Assembly: GCA_000002445.1 (NCBI GenBank)
Contig: CM000208.1
Location: 1,568,001 to 1,632,000, forward strand
DNA: 64,000 nucleotides
Origin: Trypanosoma brucei
Taxonomy: Eukaryota
Direction: 5' to 3'
The position numbers and the translations under genes are program-made. Shown one piece after another: positions 1 to 12,216 of this stretch; position 1 is the stretch's first letter, and each line of letters starts with the position of its first letter. The notes below the pieces were generated by a model. The model did not search any database and had not been told where the DNA came from. It saw only the letters and a program-made list of their open reading frames with translations.

Positions 1-991
1 AAGACACGCCCAGAACGGAATGCTTCAGCGTTGCTCAAGTCGAAAACAGCCCTCGACAGTAGACGAGTCGTCTTTCGCATTTTATATTTCCCCTTCCTTC
101 TAAACCTCCCGCTCTTTCTTTTCCTTCGCTTCGGGCGGCTTTTCCTTTTTTTTCTCCGTGGATGGGTAAATGAGTGAGCAGGGGTCCTGGAATTCAACCT
201 CAACGCAACCAATAAAAAAAAAAAGAAGTTCAAGATGATAGTTGAAGTCGGTAACATCATAACTGCGAAAACCTCACATGTCAACGGAGCAATGACGGGA
301 GAAGGAGGAGAAAAAAAGATCCCTCAACCAATTCACTTCTTCTTACACTAAGGAACAAACACCAGCATGCTCCCAACATATTAATATATATATATATATA
401 ATATTTGCCGCCACCGCAGAGACGAAAGAAATAATGGTCATGCTAATGAAATGAGATTAGTTCTCCCCCCGCACATTCCTCCCGATACTCTCTCCTTTTC
501 TTTTCTCAACTTACTTTATCCTCAACGAGAATGCGCAGCGTACTGCTGAAAAGGGGTACACAGCTCAGGGGGAAAAAAATAGTAACAATAATAAGGATGG
601 CAATAATAATGGCGACGGAAAAAATAACAAAAAAAAGTAGACAATCAAAAAAAAATTAAGAAATGTTTGCATCACACATCCTCTACTAAACATCGTTAAG
701 GGTACTCCTGATGAAGTCCAAAATAAAAAATAAAAAAACTAATGAAGACACACGAACGTGCAACATAATCCTATGGACGTTGCTGGTTTGTGCTCTTTTA
801 TTGTACTAAATACGTAGCATATACATGACATACCTCCCCTGTTTCGGTGATATTCCCCAACCCTTTTTTTTTCTAATTTACCACTTCCCCTAACCCTCAA
901 TCATATCTTCTATTACACTACGGTAGTTCAAATCCCCAGTCCGCACCTCTTGCGAGAGGGCTGGAATGCCATTTCCTTTTTTTTCTTAAAT

Positions 992-995
<4 letters not shown>

Positions 996-1029
<34 letters not shown>
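996..1029. repeat. (TA)n microsatellite, ~17 units. Further (TA)n runs lie at 384-409, 1521-1560 (imperfect, interrupted by g), 11145-11167 and 26551-26566.
   Basis: Direct read of 'atatatatatatatatatatatatatatatat' in intergenic spacers. Confidence 0.9.
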
Positions 1030-1032
<3 letters not shown>

Positions 1033-1186
1033 CTGAGAGCGTCTGCAATGGAAACAGATGAAAAGAAATAGCGATAAACGGTTTTTTTTCTTTTTTCTTT
1101 TAAAAGAAAAAACAAAAAATAACAAAGGAGACTAAAATGCGTACCTGTGCCTTCGCTGTGGAATACGCAACAAACTTTTGCCGGTG

Positions 1187-1501
1187 TTACACTGCCCTGT
1201 CAGGAACATTGCGGAAAAACGTATCGATTTGCGGACCCCACGCATCCGACCACTGATACCCGGTGCCGAGTTTGCGGCGCCAAACACGTAAATAATCATC
1301 CTTGTATTTAGCACGGCATGAAAAGAGGCTTCCTATGCGCAGCATTACAAACCATAAGGCAACAAAATACCCCAAAATGCAAAGCACAGCTTTCGTGTCC
1401 GTAGCGTAGTGAAGGTGGTCGTAGTTTGTATACCGTCGGGACGGTACACTCAGCCTTGCAACAGTCCGGGACAACTCAGTTCCAGCAACGCGTCGGAGCA
1501 T
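1187..1501 (-). CDS. Possible small membrane protein (speculative)
   Basis: 104-aa ORF with a genuine ATG at 1501-1499. One hydrophobic helix 'VLCILGYFVALWFVMLRI'. On the transcription-unit strand downstream of the TPR gene. No homology recognised, so it could be a spurious ORF. Confidence 0.2.
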   Translation of the reverse strand: MLRRVAGTELSRTVARLSVPSRRYTNYDHLHYATDTKAVLCILGYFVALWFVMLRIGSLFSCRAKYKDDYLRVWRRKLGTGYQWSDAWGPQIDTFFRNVPDRAV

Positions 1502-2173
1502 TCCCTATTCGATTACTTCACTATATATATATAATGTATATATATAATGTATATATGTATTCGCTAGGGAAAAAAAAACAACGGCCAAAAGCTTTAGTCA
1601 ATCTCTCTTTCTTCCTTTCAAGTAAAAATAAAAAGTAAAAAAGAAATATATGCGTGTATGCATGCACATACAAATGTATATATACACACATTTGAAGTAC
1701 AGTTGCTTGTATATCAGAAATATAAGAGCTAAGTGTTACGTGGGGGGGGCGTCAACATAAGGAACAAAAAGAGAAGAAAGGAAAGGAAAATGACACGACG
1801 GGACTGGACGGGACGGAAGCAGTCGCTGCTGCAGCCCGCACGTTACAGCCCGCCTCATCCCTACAAACATCACATATGTTCAAGCAAATGAAATAATCGC
1901 TGTAAGAAACGTTCAGAGTTTCAGGGTAGTGGAGACGTTGGTAATCGCATCAGAGGAAAGTGAGGGGAGAATTTTCAGGTGAGCTTTGGGACCCGCACTT
2001 GTACGGCACATTAGTGATCGAAGTGGGCAAACAACGCGGAAGGGAGTTGAAGCAAGAGAACGGCACACAAAGAAGAAAAAAAAAGTTGCGCATGTGCCCC
2101 CCCCCCACTCTTAGCGTCTCCACCACTGCGCAAGTGGCAGGATAATACATGAACCTTTCACTGTCATCCATCA

Positions 2174-2192
2174 CCCCCCCCAAAAAAAAAAA
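2174..2192 (-). repeat. T11-G8 homopolymer junction tract on the minus strand (C8A11 on plus). A C10 run lies nearby at 2097-2106.
   Basis: Direct read of plus 'ccccccccaaaaaaaaaaa'. It has the same T(n)G(n) polarity relative to the minus-strand transcription direction. Confidence 0.9.
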
Positions 2193-2388
2193 GAAAAACA
2201 AGTAGGGTAATGATACAAAGAGTGGTGATTATACAACAGAGAGGGGGGAAATAAGTGAAAATTGAAAGAAAGTGTGCACTCCACGCGAAATGTAAAAGAA
2301 AAAAAAGAAGAAATTGAAGGGGGGGAGAAAAATAGGCAAAAAAAAAGAGGGTAACTGGTGGTCCACACGTTTGACTCACTATTCTCCA

Positions 2389-4224
2389 TTAGGTACATGT
2401 CGTGGAGTGGCCACGGCTACCCTTATCAGACAATGCAAGTGGAACCTTCCTACAGGTTAAAGTGTCTCCAAATGCTCTTGACAACCCGTCACCCTCCCTC
2501 ATCAATATTAGGCGCTTGCCCTCCACTAGCTGCTTGTCTCTCCGATTTTGCCGTAGCATCCCAGTAGACTTGGTGACATTTTGGCGGTTGGGAGGCGAAG
2601 GACGCGTGACACCTGGCAGGCCCCCCAAAAGGTCCCCGCCATGCTCACCACCAGCTATAACCTTCTGATCAAATGCTGAGAGATGTGCATGTACAAAGTT
2701 ACGGATTTGGGGATCCGTTGGATTCAAGTTGTAACATGACAGCACATCCCTCAAGGCATAGCGTGGTTGGTTCATATCAAAGCGACATCTCGCGCGATGG
2801 TAAAAAAACACCGGCTCCGTACTGCACGTCGCAATGGCGGTACTAAACTCCCTCTCTGCTTCTTCATGTTTCCCTTCTCTATGAAGTTCACAACCGTGTA
2901 TATCGTGCAACACAGCAATTCGCTGCGTTGCTTCGGGGTGTTTCGGGGATATTCTGTCCACAGTCAAGAAGTCGAATAATGCCTTTTGATAATCCCCCAT
3001 CTTAATGTAACACTCACCACGGGCAAGCAACACGGGGATGTTGTCTTGCCGCCACATCAGGGAAGTAGTGTAGTATTTGATTGCATCGGCTGTTGTACTT
3101 TGGCCATCATTGCTTGAACCAAGACGAAACAGCGTTTCTGTCATTAAGTCGATGGCATGTGCATGTCTTCCCTCAGAAGCGCTGATGCAGCGAAACAAAT
3201 CAGTAACTGCTTTCCTGTCCATTCCCTTGGCAATATAGTGTTTGGCGCGCTCTAATAGCAAGGTAGAATCACCTGGAAACACCGAAATACAACGGGTAAG
3301 TCCTTGCAGGTCCGAATGGTCGATGGAGCGATTACGGTAAGTTTTGTAAGTGCGACTAAATATGTGCTGTGCCAGCAGAACTTGGGGATGCTGCCGCTCC
3401 TCTAGAGGAACCCTTTCCAACAACGCCTTCGCGGGACTGAACGACTGACGAAGGCAGTAGATGTGGACAAGCAGAGAACAGCTAAGAATAAAGAATGAGG
3501 GGTTCTCTTCAATATGCTTATCTAAAACTTTCTCCGCTTCATCCTCGCGCTCAAGTGCGATCAGGTAAGCGCAACGGTGCAAAACCACTTGCGGATCTTT
3601 ACATAATTCCAGTGACTCGTCAGTAAAACGGAGGGCTTGCTCATAGTCCTCCACGTTGAACAAAACAATGCTCAGCGCGTCGAGAATACCGGCCAGTCGG
3701 CGCCGCACCGCCCTCTCAAGTGAGGCATCATCATACGGTTCCGTGGTACAAGCGGAACTTCCTCTGCGAAAAATGGTGTGTCCTGTAACATCTGTACTTA
3801 CAGAAAATGACACTCCATCTAACCCATTACAATCCATCAAATCACTCCCAAAGGCAGTTGAACTACCATCTGCTGCGGTAGTTGGTCTCCCTTGCGGGGA
3901 AAAAAATGAGCGGCTATCACGCCCCGTACCTGAGGCACGCGAACAGCAATTACTGCGCCCGTTCGATGACCGAAGCAGCCATAGGGATCGGCGGTACTGC
4001 TTCACAGCGCCTTGGAAATCATAGAGCGAGACATGGCATTCTGCGGAGGCAATGAACGGGTGCGGTTTGTGTGGAGCAAAGAAGGATGCTTTGGAAAACG
4101 CCAGGATCGCCTTCTCCAACTCCCCGTTCTGCATGTACTGAAGTCCCTCCTGGTACCTGAACTCGCCCTTCTCGTCAGAGTAGAGAACATTCGACTGCAC
4201 GACTGGTTCAGGCGACACCGACAT
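2389..4224 (-). CDS. Tetratricopeptide-repeat (TPR) protein, conserved hypothetical
   Basis: 615-codon ORF. The track start at 4236 is GTG; the first ATG is at 4224-4222 (protein begins MSVSPEP...). There are repeated TPR-like helical hairpins, e.g. 'LLARGECYIKMGDYQKALFDFLTVDRISPKHPEATQRIAVLH' and 'EGKHEEAEREFSTAIATCSTEPVFFYHRARCRF'. The N-terminal half is low complexity. Same strand as the rest of the transcription unit. Confidence 0.6.
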   Translation of the reverse strand: MSVSPEPVVQSNVLYSDEKGEFRYQEGLQYMQNGELEKAILAFSKASFFAPHKPHPFIASAECHVSLYDFQGAVKQYRRSLWLLRSSNGRSNCCSRASGTGRDSRSFFSPQGRPTTAADGSSTAFGSDLMDCNGLDGVSFSVSTDVTGHTIFRRGSSACTTEPYDDASLERAVRRRLAGILDALSIVLFNVEDYEQALRFTDESLELCKDPQVVLHRCAYLIALEREDEAEKVLDKHIEENPSFFILSCSLLVHIYCLRQSFSPAKALLERVPLEERQHPQVLLAQHIFSRTYKTYRNRSIDHSDLQGLTRCISVFPGDSTLLLERAKHYIAKGMDRKAVTDLFRCISASEGRHAHAIDLMTETLFRLGSSNDGQSTTADAIKYYTTSLMWRQDNIPVLLARGECYIKMGDYQKALFDFLTVDRISPKHPEATQRIAVLHDIHGCELHREGKHEEAEREFSTAIATCSTEPVFFYHRARCRFDMNQPRYALRDVLSCYNLNPTDPQIRNFVHAHLSAFDQKVIAGGEHGGDLLGGLPGVTRPSPPNRQNVTKSTGMLRQNRRDKQLVEGKRLILMREGDGLSRAFGDTLTCRKVPLALSDKGSRGHSTTCT

Positions 4225-5028
4225 TATGCAACACACTTGTATGGTGTCAGTCGTGCGAAATATAGGAAGAGAGAAGCAGAAATAGCCCCTAAATGAATGC
4301 TTGTTCCCTCAATCAGGCCGAGTTGTGATCTCTTAGATGGGAAATGTACATACACATAAAGACACACAAGCTTCTGTTCCGCCTATGCTGCCAAATAATA
4401 ACAACTGTAACTGCACAAGGCACCCTTCCATAACCACAGTGAGTCGACACGAGGAAGTATAAGGAGCGGGGAAAGAGGAAAGAAACTGAGAGATAAAAAC
4501 GCGACTAAAGGTGAGGGTCAGAGACCCGGCACGTTTGCGGACCAACAGCAACAGCAATGGTAAAAAACGGGTGCGTTGGGGAAGTAAACATACCGTACCT
4601 ATCCACACAGTTGGGTGCTTCGAAGTGTGCCCAAATAGTATTAAGCTAACGTCCATCTGAACGAGTTACACGTGAATTAATAAGAGCGTTACTAAAAGAG
4701 AAATTAACAGGATGGTTTTAAAAAACAAAGAGAGAGAACTGAGACAGATATATTCGTTTACTAACATGGATTACTGGTGACACAACACCCGAAGGGCAGT
4801 TACAGCGGAGCTCCACTGATATGCGCAAACTCCCTTGCTACACCACCCGACGAATCGTGTTACAATATTAAAATCTAAGGAAAGAGCACAGACAAGCTAT
4901 CAGTGGCAAGATTAGTGTGGAAGAGATGATATCCCGTGCATGTCGTGCCACGTCACTTCCAACAAAGTACTATGGACAACTTAGTTTTCTTTTTTTGTGT
5001 GTGATGCGACAAGGCAGAGAAATCCACA

Positions 5029-7434
5029 TCAGCGCCCAATGACTCTGTCGGCTCCCCGTTTCTTGGCAGCTTTCTTGAGACGAGGTTTCTTTTGTGGTGG
5101 ATCATCACTACCATTGAAGGGGTCAGCAGGCGGCACTTCTACACGCGCCCGCTTCTTCCGTCGAGTGGAACATTCCCCGGCAACTGTAGCTGTCTCCGGA
5201 TATTGTGCATCGGGGGAAGAATCTTTCACATTTGTAGTCTCCTCAGGTTGAGCTGCCACATCACCGACGGATACCTCCTCAGCCGTCACGGCCTTTGGTG
5301 GCCCATCCATTCCGTACTTCAACAGAAGTTCGGGGCGGTACACCGCCAGCTCGTCGAGCTCATAGCGGTAGCAGCGGGCCGCATTGCACTCTATCGCTCC
5401 GCCATGTGCCGTCTTCTCTGCGATGGCGGCATCGGGACACACAATTTGGACGTCGCGTTTCCACTCATTCCTATAGTAACCAACTCGCCCGGCAATGGGA
5501 AACTTCGCAGCTACCTCGGTGGGGATGGGCTTCATAGAACTCCTTTTTTTCTTCTTCGGAACTCCCCCCAAGTATTCCTCCAACATGATGCTTAACTTAC
5601 TCCCGCTGTTGCATATCAAAAGTGTAACGCCGGAGTCGGGTTGAAGCTCGACTAGGGTATTGCAGGCAGCTTCGATTTCCTTACAGTCGATAAAAGGTAA
5701 TCGCAACACGCCTTGATAGGCAAAAATTGCCTCGCTGTAGTCTACATCCACGTGATCTGGGTAAAATGGACCGAAGACAGAGTTTGGATCTAACACGGCG
5801 CCGTGCAACTCCACGGGCAGCCCCCCAACACTCATGCGCGGTAACACCGCAAGCAGCTGCACCACGGGATGCCTCGGTGTGCCTCGCTCAAACTCAACGT
5901 CCACTGAGTCTGTAAAGCGAGCCAAGTCGTCCAGCAATGGGGCATAATGATACGGATAGAACCAGTTCCACGAAGGGCAACCAGATGTGTAGTACCGCAT
6001 CACCCATTGAGTTCCCCGCAAATACTCCGCACAACAGCGTTTAACTCTCTTCTCAAACTTGGACCGTTTCTCAGGGTCCCATCCGAATTTCTTCTGGTAG
6101 TACTTATCTCGGTAATCCTCGTCGTGATACGTAAAACCTAGTGAACCTTTGTCCCCAACAAATGACACTCGTTCCTTCAAAGCAGACACCATCAATTTGT
6201 GAGCGGTGTCACTAACCTCCTGGGCATTGGTTTTGTCACGTTTAACGCTTGCCAAAACCTTTTTGAGTTCAACCTGGTATTTGTTCACCCGCTCCGCCAC
6301 GTTGCCTCTCCCTCGCTCTTTCGCTCGCTCCCCAAACGAGGATTCGTCCCTCAAGACAGAACCATAGTCATTCAGGAATCGAGCTAAGAACGAAGACAGA
6401 GCTTTAAATCTCACCTCTCCACCATCTGTTAAATACGAGTGACTTGCAAATTCGTTAACGTAGTGGTCTAACAGAAGCTCGACACCTCTCGTTTTGATCG
6501 ATATTAAGGGAACGTGCGGAAGAAAGTCATTCCCGACAAAAAAACATAAAAAAATAAAATCGTCGACGACACGCTCGAAACTCATCTCCTTAATGCCATC
6601 AAAATCCCTTTTCAAACACTCACGAAATTTAACCAAGCTAAAGTAGCAAAACTTTCCATGAGCTGCATTGAACGTTTCGTTGAGTTGGTTTCGCAAAATG
6701 GTCACACTCTTCTCATGAGTCGAGAGTCCGAGACTGATGAGGTCAGCATCCATGCCATAAATAACGTGAGACGTATCCGGATCGTAGCCCGGCTGCATCC
6801 GAAGACCACGGATGTATTGCATAATCTTATGCTCACCTTCACCGGGGACGTGTGCATCGGAAAAGACAACGGCAACTTTCTTCCACAATGGGTCCTCATT
6901 TACCTTCTTCACAACAAACCATTCAATGGCAAGACCCAGGCGCTCCATGAACGGTGTTGAGGGTGTGATAACATTGTGATCCCAACGTTCCCTCACCTTG
7001 GGGTAAGGTAGGCCCTTCTCTAACAACACATCGGCACACTTCGCCGACATCACTTCACCTTCCGCTCGCTCCTCTGCAGCGCGAAAACGCCGGCTTCGCT
7101 GCTGATTCATCTTACTCTGTGGTGCAACACCGTCCACACAGAGAATAAGGCATTTCCGTGGCCTCACCACCTTAAACACAAGATCTATTTGAGTAAAAAC
7201 ACGCTCAAACATTTCTTCCTCCGACTCGGGCTCAGGTAGCGGAGACGTATCGTGACAGCATGGGTGAACGAGCCCGTTCAGATCCAAATACAAGTTGTCG
7301 AACTTATGTGACTGCATATACTCCTTTGGAGGTGGAGACGACTTCGAAGCGGCTTCAACCACGCACTGCGGAACATCCTCCATGCAAGATGCGTACCAAC
7401 GCTTCAACCACAGGTAAAAACCGGCAATCCCCAT
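5029..7434 (-). CDS. XRN-family 5'-3' exoribonuclease, compact Rat1/Xrn2-like (XRND-type candidate)
   Basis: 801 aa, ATG confirmed at 7434-7432. N-terminus 'MGIAGFYLWLKRWY...DNLYLDLNGLVHPCCH' matches the XRN N-terminal catalytic signature (MGVP.FFRWL...LY.DMNG.IH.C). Acidic-cluster motifs are present: 'LILCVDGVAPQSKMNQQRSRRF', 'IYGMDADLISLGL' and 'HEKSVTILR'. The ~800-aa length fits the nuclear Rat1/Xrn2 type rather than the ~1400-aa Xrn1 type. The XRND assignment comes from length and memory of locus order only. Confidence 0.8.
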   Translation of the reverse strand: MGIAGFYLWLKRWYASCMEDVPQCVVEAASKSSPPPKEYMQSHKFDNLYLDLNGLVHPCCHDTSPLPEPESEEEMFERVFTQIDLVFKVVRPRKCLILCVDGVAPQSKMNQQRSRRFRAAEERAEGEVMSAKCADVLLEKGLPYPKVRERWDHNVITPSTPFMERLGLAIEWFVVKKVNEDPLWKKVAVVFSDAHVPGEGEHKIMQYIRGLRMQPGYDPDTSHVIYGMDADLISLGLSTHEKSVTILRNQLNETFNAAHGKFCYFSLVKFRECLKRDFDGIKEMSFERVVDDFIFLCFFVGNDFLPHVPLISIKTRGVELLLDHYVNEFASHSYLTDGGEVRFKALSSFLARFLNDYGSVLRDESSFGERAKERGRGNVAERVNKYQVELKKVLASVKRDKTNAQEVSDTAHKLMVSALKERVSFVGDKGSLGFTYHDEDYRDKYYQKKFGWDPEKRSKFEKRVKRCCAEYLRGTQWVMRYYTSGCPSWNWFYPYHYAPLLDDLARFTDSVDVEFERGTPRHPVVQLLAVLPRMSVGGLPVELHGAVLDPNSVFGPFYPDHVDVDYSEAIFAYQGVLRLPFIDCKEIEAACNTLVELQPDSGVTLLICNSGSKLSIMLEEYLGGVPKKKKRSSMKPIPTEVAAKFPIAGRVGYYRNEWKRDVQIVCPDAAIAEKTAHGGAIECNAARCYRYELDELAVYRPELLLKYGMDGPPKAVTAEEVSVGDVAAQPEETTNVKDSSPDAQYPETATVAGECSTRRKKRARVEVPPADPFNGSDDPPQKKPRLKKAAKKRGADRVIGR

Positions 7435-8563
7435 TTCTCACCCTTTGCCTTACGTACGCACACCCTTTTAATCCTTAACCACAGGACAAGCAAGAATACA
7501 GAAGGTCGTAGGGAAAGAAAGCAAACGATAGTTAGGAAATGCGTGTATATCAATAACGTTAACGACACCGATAGGAGGGAGTTACGCAAAACGAACATTT
7601 GTAATGAAGTACAACCACGAAAGTTGGTCAACCAAACTGCAGGTCTGTGGGCTCGTGCCGGGGAAACACCAACAAGAAAGAAGGCGCAGACACCGCTTAC
7701 TCCCAGCCTCAGCCATATAACAAAGAGTAATAGCCGTCATTAAGGGTCACAACATACATCTTCACTGCGCCGTCAAGGCTCCATAGATGGTGATATCGCC
7801 GTGAGGCACATTTGCAAGCGATGTCGGGGCAAAACACTACCGACATGCACGTAAGCAATCAGAATGTTGGTGCAAAAAGAAAGAGAGTTCGAAGACGAAT
7901 ATCTCCCACCTTCATGTTGGGGACCCAAAGTTAACGGCGAAACCCCGCACCAACCCCGTGTATCGAAGGATGACGTAAATGCCCCGTGCATCCATAAAGC
8001 GATCAAGTGTAATGCTCCACCTCTCCATGCACAATAAGATACACACACACATAGACAAATCACCTCGTTACGGGGCGAAGCTCTAATGCATCTACTGCAC
8101 CACGAAGAAAAAATATATACATCATAAAGTGAGTGCGCACACCTTACGTTTCCAACAATTTTCGACGCAGGAAGGCACGTGATGGTGTGAATTGCATAGT
8201 AACACCATTGTTATAAGCAAACACTCGGTAAACAACGCAACCAGAAGGCCCGGAAAAACAGCAACAAAGACAGTGCAATAGATGTGAATGCGGAGAGAGC
8301 TTGTACGGCCATCAAACTAATAACACAAGCCCCATACACCACCGCGTGGATGGAGGAATGTGCATGTCACAAAGTACATATGAGTTCACACATCACAATG
8401 AAATTGGCAGAAGTCAGACGAAAAGGTCGTCACACTAACGGTAGGAGCACGTGAGAGCGAGACAAGTCCTATGGCACGAACCCTCCAACGACGTACAGCA
8501 AACACATCAACGATGCCCATTTCTCCAGCATGCGATTTCAAACAACCTGCATTGATAGGGATC

Positions 8564-10636
8564 TTAGGCAGCGTAAATACCGTTTTTGAATGTCCCATCA
8601 AACACAGTGCCATCGGGATAGCACAGACGGCCTTTCCCGTGCGGCCGGCGATTACACACGTCACCTTCATACATACTTCCATCGATAAATTGGATCTTTC
8701 CCCGCACATCTTTCTGTGTGCCACTACACCACTCACCAACATGTGTCTCGCCGCAAGCATCAGTGAAGCAACCACATCCATGCGGCTTGTCGTTACGCCA
8801 CTCACCGACGTACACCGAGCCGTCTGCGTACCGCAACGTCCCGCTACCACACCGCCCCCCGTTGGACCAGTCACCCTCGTAAACATCACCGTTATTGTAC
8901 CTATAGTGCACAAACCCATCCTGTGACGCTCCCTGATGCCAAAGACACCGCAAAACGGTTCCATCGGGGAAGGAAGCAACTCCCACGCCCTGTCGCTTGC
9001 CATCTAGCCATGTTCCCTCATAAATGTCTTCTGCCGAGCGAGATGTGCCATAGCTCTCTAGTTTTCCTAGAAGAAACAGTCCTTCATACTGGGTGCCAGT
9101 CTCTCCTTCCAATGCTATACCGTGGCCCACCTGGCGATCCCCCTTCCAACTACCTCTGTACATGGACCCGTTGCACCCTTGGTAATAGCCCTCTCCACAG
9201 CGAACGTCATCCTCAAACTCTCCGTGATATGTTCCATCAACTGCACGTTGAACGCCCAAACCACAGCGCACCCCTTTGAACCACTCTCCGGCGTAACTTC
9301 GATTCAGGCCAGTCTCAACAAACTTACCAAAACCGTGCCTCTTGTCGTCTTTCCAACTCCCTTCGTACTTGTCGCCATTGGGGTACGTACAGCAGCCGAT
9401 ACCCTCCCGACAAAGTGACTCATCATTCCAGCCTCCGACGTACACCTCGCCATTGGGAAATGTGAACACACCCCCTTGCCGCTGTCCGTTTTCCCAGTCG
9501 GCTACACAAACGACGCCATTTGCAAAAGTCAACTTCCCCTCACCGGTGCGTTTGTCGTCCTCCCATTTTCCAACGAAAACGTTCCCGGGGGCATCGGTGT
9601 GGGTACCATTTCCATGCCGGCAGCCCTTCGTCCACTCTCCGACGTAAAAGGACCCATCGGGATAGTTAGCTCTGACCTCGGGGCAAAGTTCATCATTCTC
9701 CCATTTTCCGGTCACCGCAACACCACTTGAGTACACAAACAACCCCTCTCCTGAGCGCACATCGTCCTCCCAATGTCCCTGATACCGTGATCCGTCAGGA
9801 TAAAATGCCTTCCCAAGACCATGTTTGTTGTCAAGGTGCCATTCTCCTTCGTAATGAAGGCCATTTGAGGTACAAAAGACGCCAAACCCCTCTCGCATAC
9901 CTTCCTTCCACATTCCCCAGTACGAGCGGTCTGACCACTGGTAAACACCAAGACCCTCCTTCTTCCCATTTACCCACTCCCCTTCGTACACCTCAGCTGT
10001 AAGCAAAGGCAAGGCAATGATGGACCAACTGACCTCACGACGAGACACACCGAGTAGCGACGCCCTCGCCACAGGAGTTGCCTCCTCTCGGCGGTACGAC
10101 CTCGAGTTTTGCTTCCTTAAACTATGTGCACTCCACCTCACTGCGCCCTCTTCAACATTACGGGCGTCTAATCCATATATTACACGACCAAAGCCATGAT
10201 AGTAGAAACCTAACCACGAGCCGCAGTACAAAGATTTGTTGATAAGCGAATACCATTCCGCCTCGTAGCTGTCGCGAAGTGTCAGTTTAAGGCGGATGAA
10301 AGAGTTCCCGTTGTCTTCCACGTAACGCACAGCAAGGTAAAGAGTTCCAAGACTGTAGGAAGGATCCGCTGGGAGAATAGTTAACATTTTGTTCGGATCT
10401 GGTGAAAGGTGCTTCCATACGGCCGTGTGCTTACTTGGATGCGGGTCCGTTGGACTCAGCAGCAGCACGCACCGCGAGGCCGTATTAAATTCCTGAAACT
10501 CAATCAACACTTGCGAGGGTTTTTCAAGCTTGATGCTAAAAAACAACGCCGGATCTGTCACCCCAATACGAACATCACATAACTCCGCGTCTGGTATAAG
10601 AGGGATGGAGATCTTATCCTCCGTTACAGTTAACAT
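8564..10636 (-). CDS. MORN-repeat protein
   Basis: 690 aa, ATG confirmed. The C-terminal ~500 aa are tandem MORN repeats (YEGEW.nGk.hG.G, e.g. 'YEGEWHLDNKHGLGKAFYPDGSRYQGHWEDDVRSGEG', 'YVGEWTKGCRHGNGTH', 'YEGSWKDDKRHGFGKF'). The N-terminal ~200 aa are non-repeat. Confidence 0.8.
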   Translation of the reverse strand: MLTVTEDKISIPLIPDAELCDVRIGVTDPALFFSIKLEKPSQVLIEFQEFNTASRCVLLLSPTDPHPSKHTAVWKHLSPDPNKMLTILPADPSYSLGTLYLAVRYVEDNGNSFIRLKLTLRDSYEAEWYSLINKSLYCGSWLGFYYHGFGRVIYGLDARNVEEGAVRWSAHSLRKQNSRSYRREEATPVARASLLGVSRREVSWSIIALPLLTAEVYEGEWVNGKKEGLGVYQWSDRSYWGMWKEGMREGFGVFCTSNGLHYEGEWHLDNKHGLGKAFYPDGSRYQGHWEDDVRSGEGLFVYSSGVAVTGKWENDELCPEVRANYPDGSFYVGEWTKGCRHGNGTHTDAPGNVFVGKWEDDKRTGEGKLTFANGVVCVADWENGQRQGGVFTFPNGEVYVGGWNDESLCREGIGCCTYPNGDKYEGSWKDDKRHGFGKFVETGLNRSYAGEWFKGVRCGLGVQRAVDGTYHGEFEDDVRCGEGYYQGCNGSMYRGSWKGDRQVGHGIALEGETGTQYEGLFLLGKLESYGTSRSAEDIYEGTWLDGKRQGVGVASFPDGTVLRCLWHQGASQDGFVHYRYNNGDVYEGDWSNGGRCGSGTLRYADGSVYVGEWRNDKPHGCGCFTDACGETHVGEWCSGTQKDVRGKIQFIDGSMYEGDVCNRRPHGKGRLCYPDGTVFDGTFKNGIYAA

Positions 10637-12216
10637 TTGACACTTCTTCTCGGCACCGGCGACGGATATCTAAATATTTCGTGCTAAGCGTCAGAAAAAA
10701 GAAGGAGCAAAACAACAGAGGTTTGGGAGTTGATAAAACAAAAAAATGTAGGTAAGTAGTAAATAAAAACAAAAAAAGAGCGTTTTATCCTTATCACATC
10801 CACCGCACGCAGCTCCTCAGTTTGGTATTTATTTGCCTTTACCCCCGGCATGTAGGGATATCACCGCTCGCCACAACCGAGTATTCATGACAGAGACTCA
10901 ACAACATATTGACAATGATAGCAGTGACAATACCGGTGACGAACGGCAGAACAAAAATTTTTGTTGTATTTAAATAAGTGTTGTTATCAGCACACGCCTA
11001 TTGTTATTGCTACGATTATTATTATCACTATTTTAGCCATAAGAGTCAACAACACGTCATTCATCCCCGCCACTCCTTTCCACCCCCTATAGCGAAACGT
11101 TTTCATGGGGTTAAAAAAGGAAGCCTGGCGGTAGTGTACAATATACATATATATATATATATATATTTTGTGGTGGGAGAAAGCTACATGCATAAACCGC
11201 ACGTGGAACGATGATACACCCAACAAACAAACAATTATAACAACAAGGAATAGCATTTCACGCACAAATATAGATGTCCACATAGAATAAACTTTTTAAA
11301 AAAATACTTAAAAAAACTAATTGTATGAATAACACATGAATTCCCTTTCCCCACCCTGCTCCAATGGATACCCTCGCACTATCCCCGGTACAAAAGAAAA
11401 AGATAAAACGAAAACCAAAAAACAACAACAACAATAGCAATAAGGAAAAGAACAAATCACTCCCCACCCCCCTCAATCACCCTATTTCCCCTTCCCCAAA
11501 ATGACCCCAAATACACGGCATTCGGTTCCCTACCAAAAGACCAACGAGAACCCTCAACATTCACACGACGCAAACGCAAACACAAACCCATATAAATAAA
11601 GAAAAGCATACGGATAATGAAAGGCATTTATAGTAATAATAATAATAAACTATTGCCACGGACGCAAGCAGCCCCACTACAACAGGGAGCAGAGTCGTCT
11701 TCCAACACCCAACCACTCCTGAAAGAAAGAAAAAGAGAAGTCGCCCTCACATAAAACAATAATAAGTGGTCGGATGAAAATAAGAAGGGAAAAAAAAGAA
11801 GACGTGGAAAGAATAGTGGGTAAAACGAGACATTTAAACGCGATAACCAGACGGAAAGAAAGGAAGAGATATATAAGAAACGTAGCGCAAACTAAGGGCT
11901 GGAAAAAGAAGAAATGTCAATACTCGCACATTACTTCTGTCCCGGCACCCACACTTACAACCGATACGTCGAAACGCACCACAATAGACATAAACATTTA
12001 AAAAAGACATAAAATCAAAACAAACTGGCCCTTCACCGGTACAACACGTGCTTGCAACCTGTACAAAAAAAAATATGTATTAATGTACAGTCACACACAC
12101 GCAAAACAAAAGAACCAATGCACAACCAGAGGTCGAGAACCCACAAAATGATCTCAAACAGCACAAACCAATTCACTGCATGACATCGAATTGACAACTT
12201 GACAACGATAAACTTT

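Noticed and set aside
5092-5595. 167-aa plus-strand ORF antisense to the XRN gene. Similar antisense ORFs lie at 35471-36037, 39353-39925, 39892-40491, 28400-28921, 25131-25697, 12596-13072 and 8471-8926.
   Set aside because: All are nested antisense within well-supported minus-strand genes, translate to low-complexity sequence, and lack conserved motifs. They are treated as shadow ORFs.
8386-9003. 205-aa minus-strand ORF overlapping the 3' part of the MORN-repeat gene in another frame
   Set aside because: It is an alternative frame of the repetitive MORN coding region. Repeat-rich DNA keeps other frames open.
10987-11476. 98-aa and 72-aa minus-strand ORFs in the MORN-GTPase spacer
   Set aside because: They translate (TA)n and poly-T/A repeats into Ile/Tyr/Phe/Leu runs. 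This is a typical spacer artefact.
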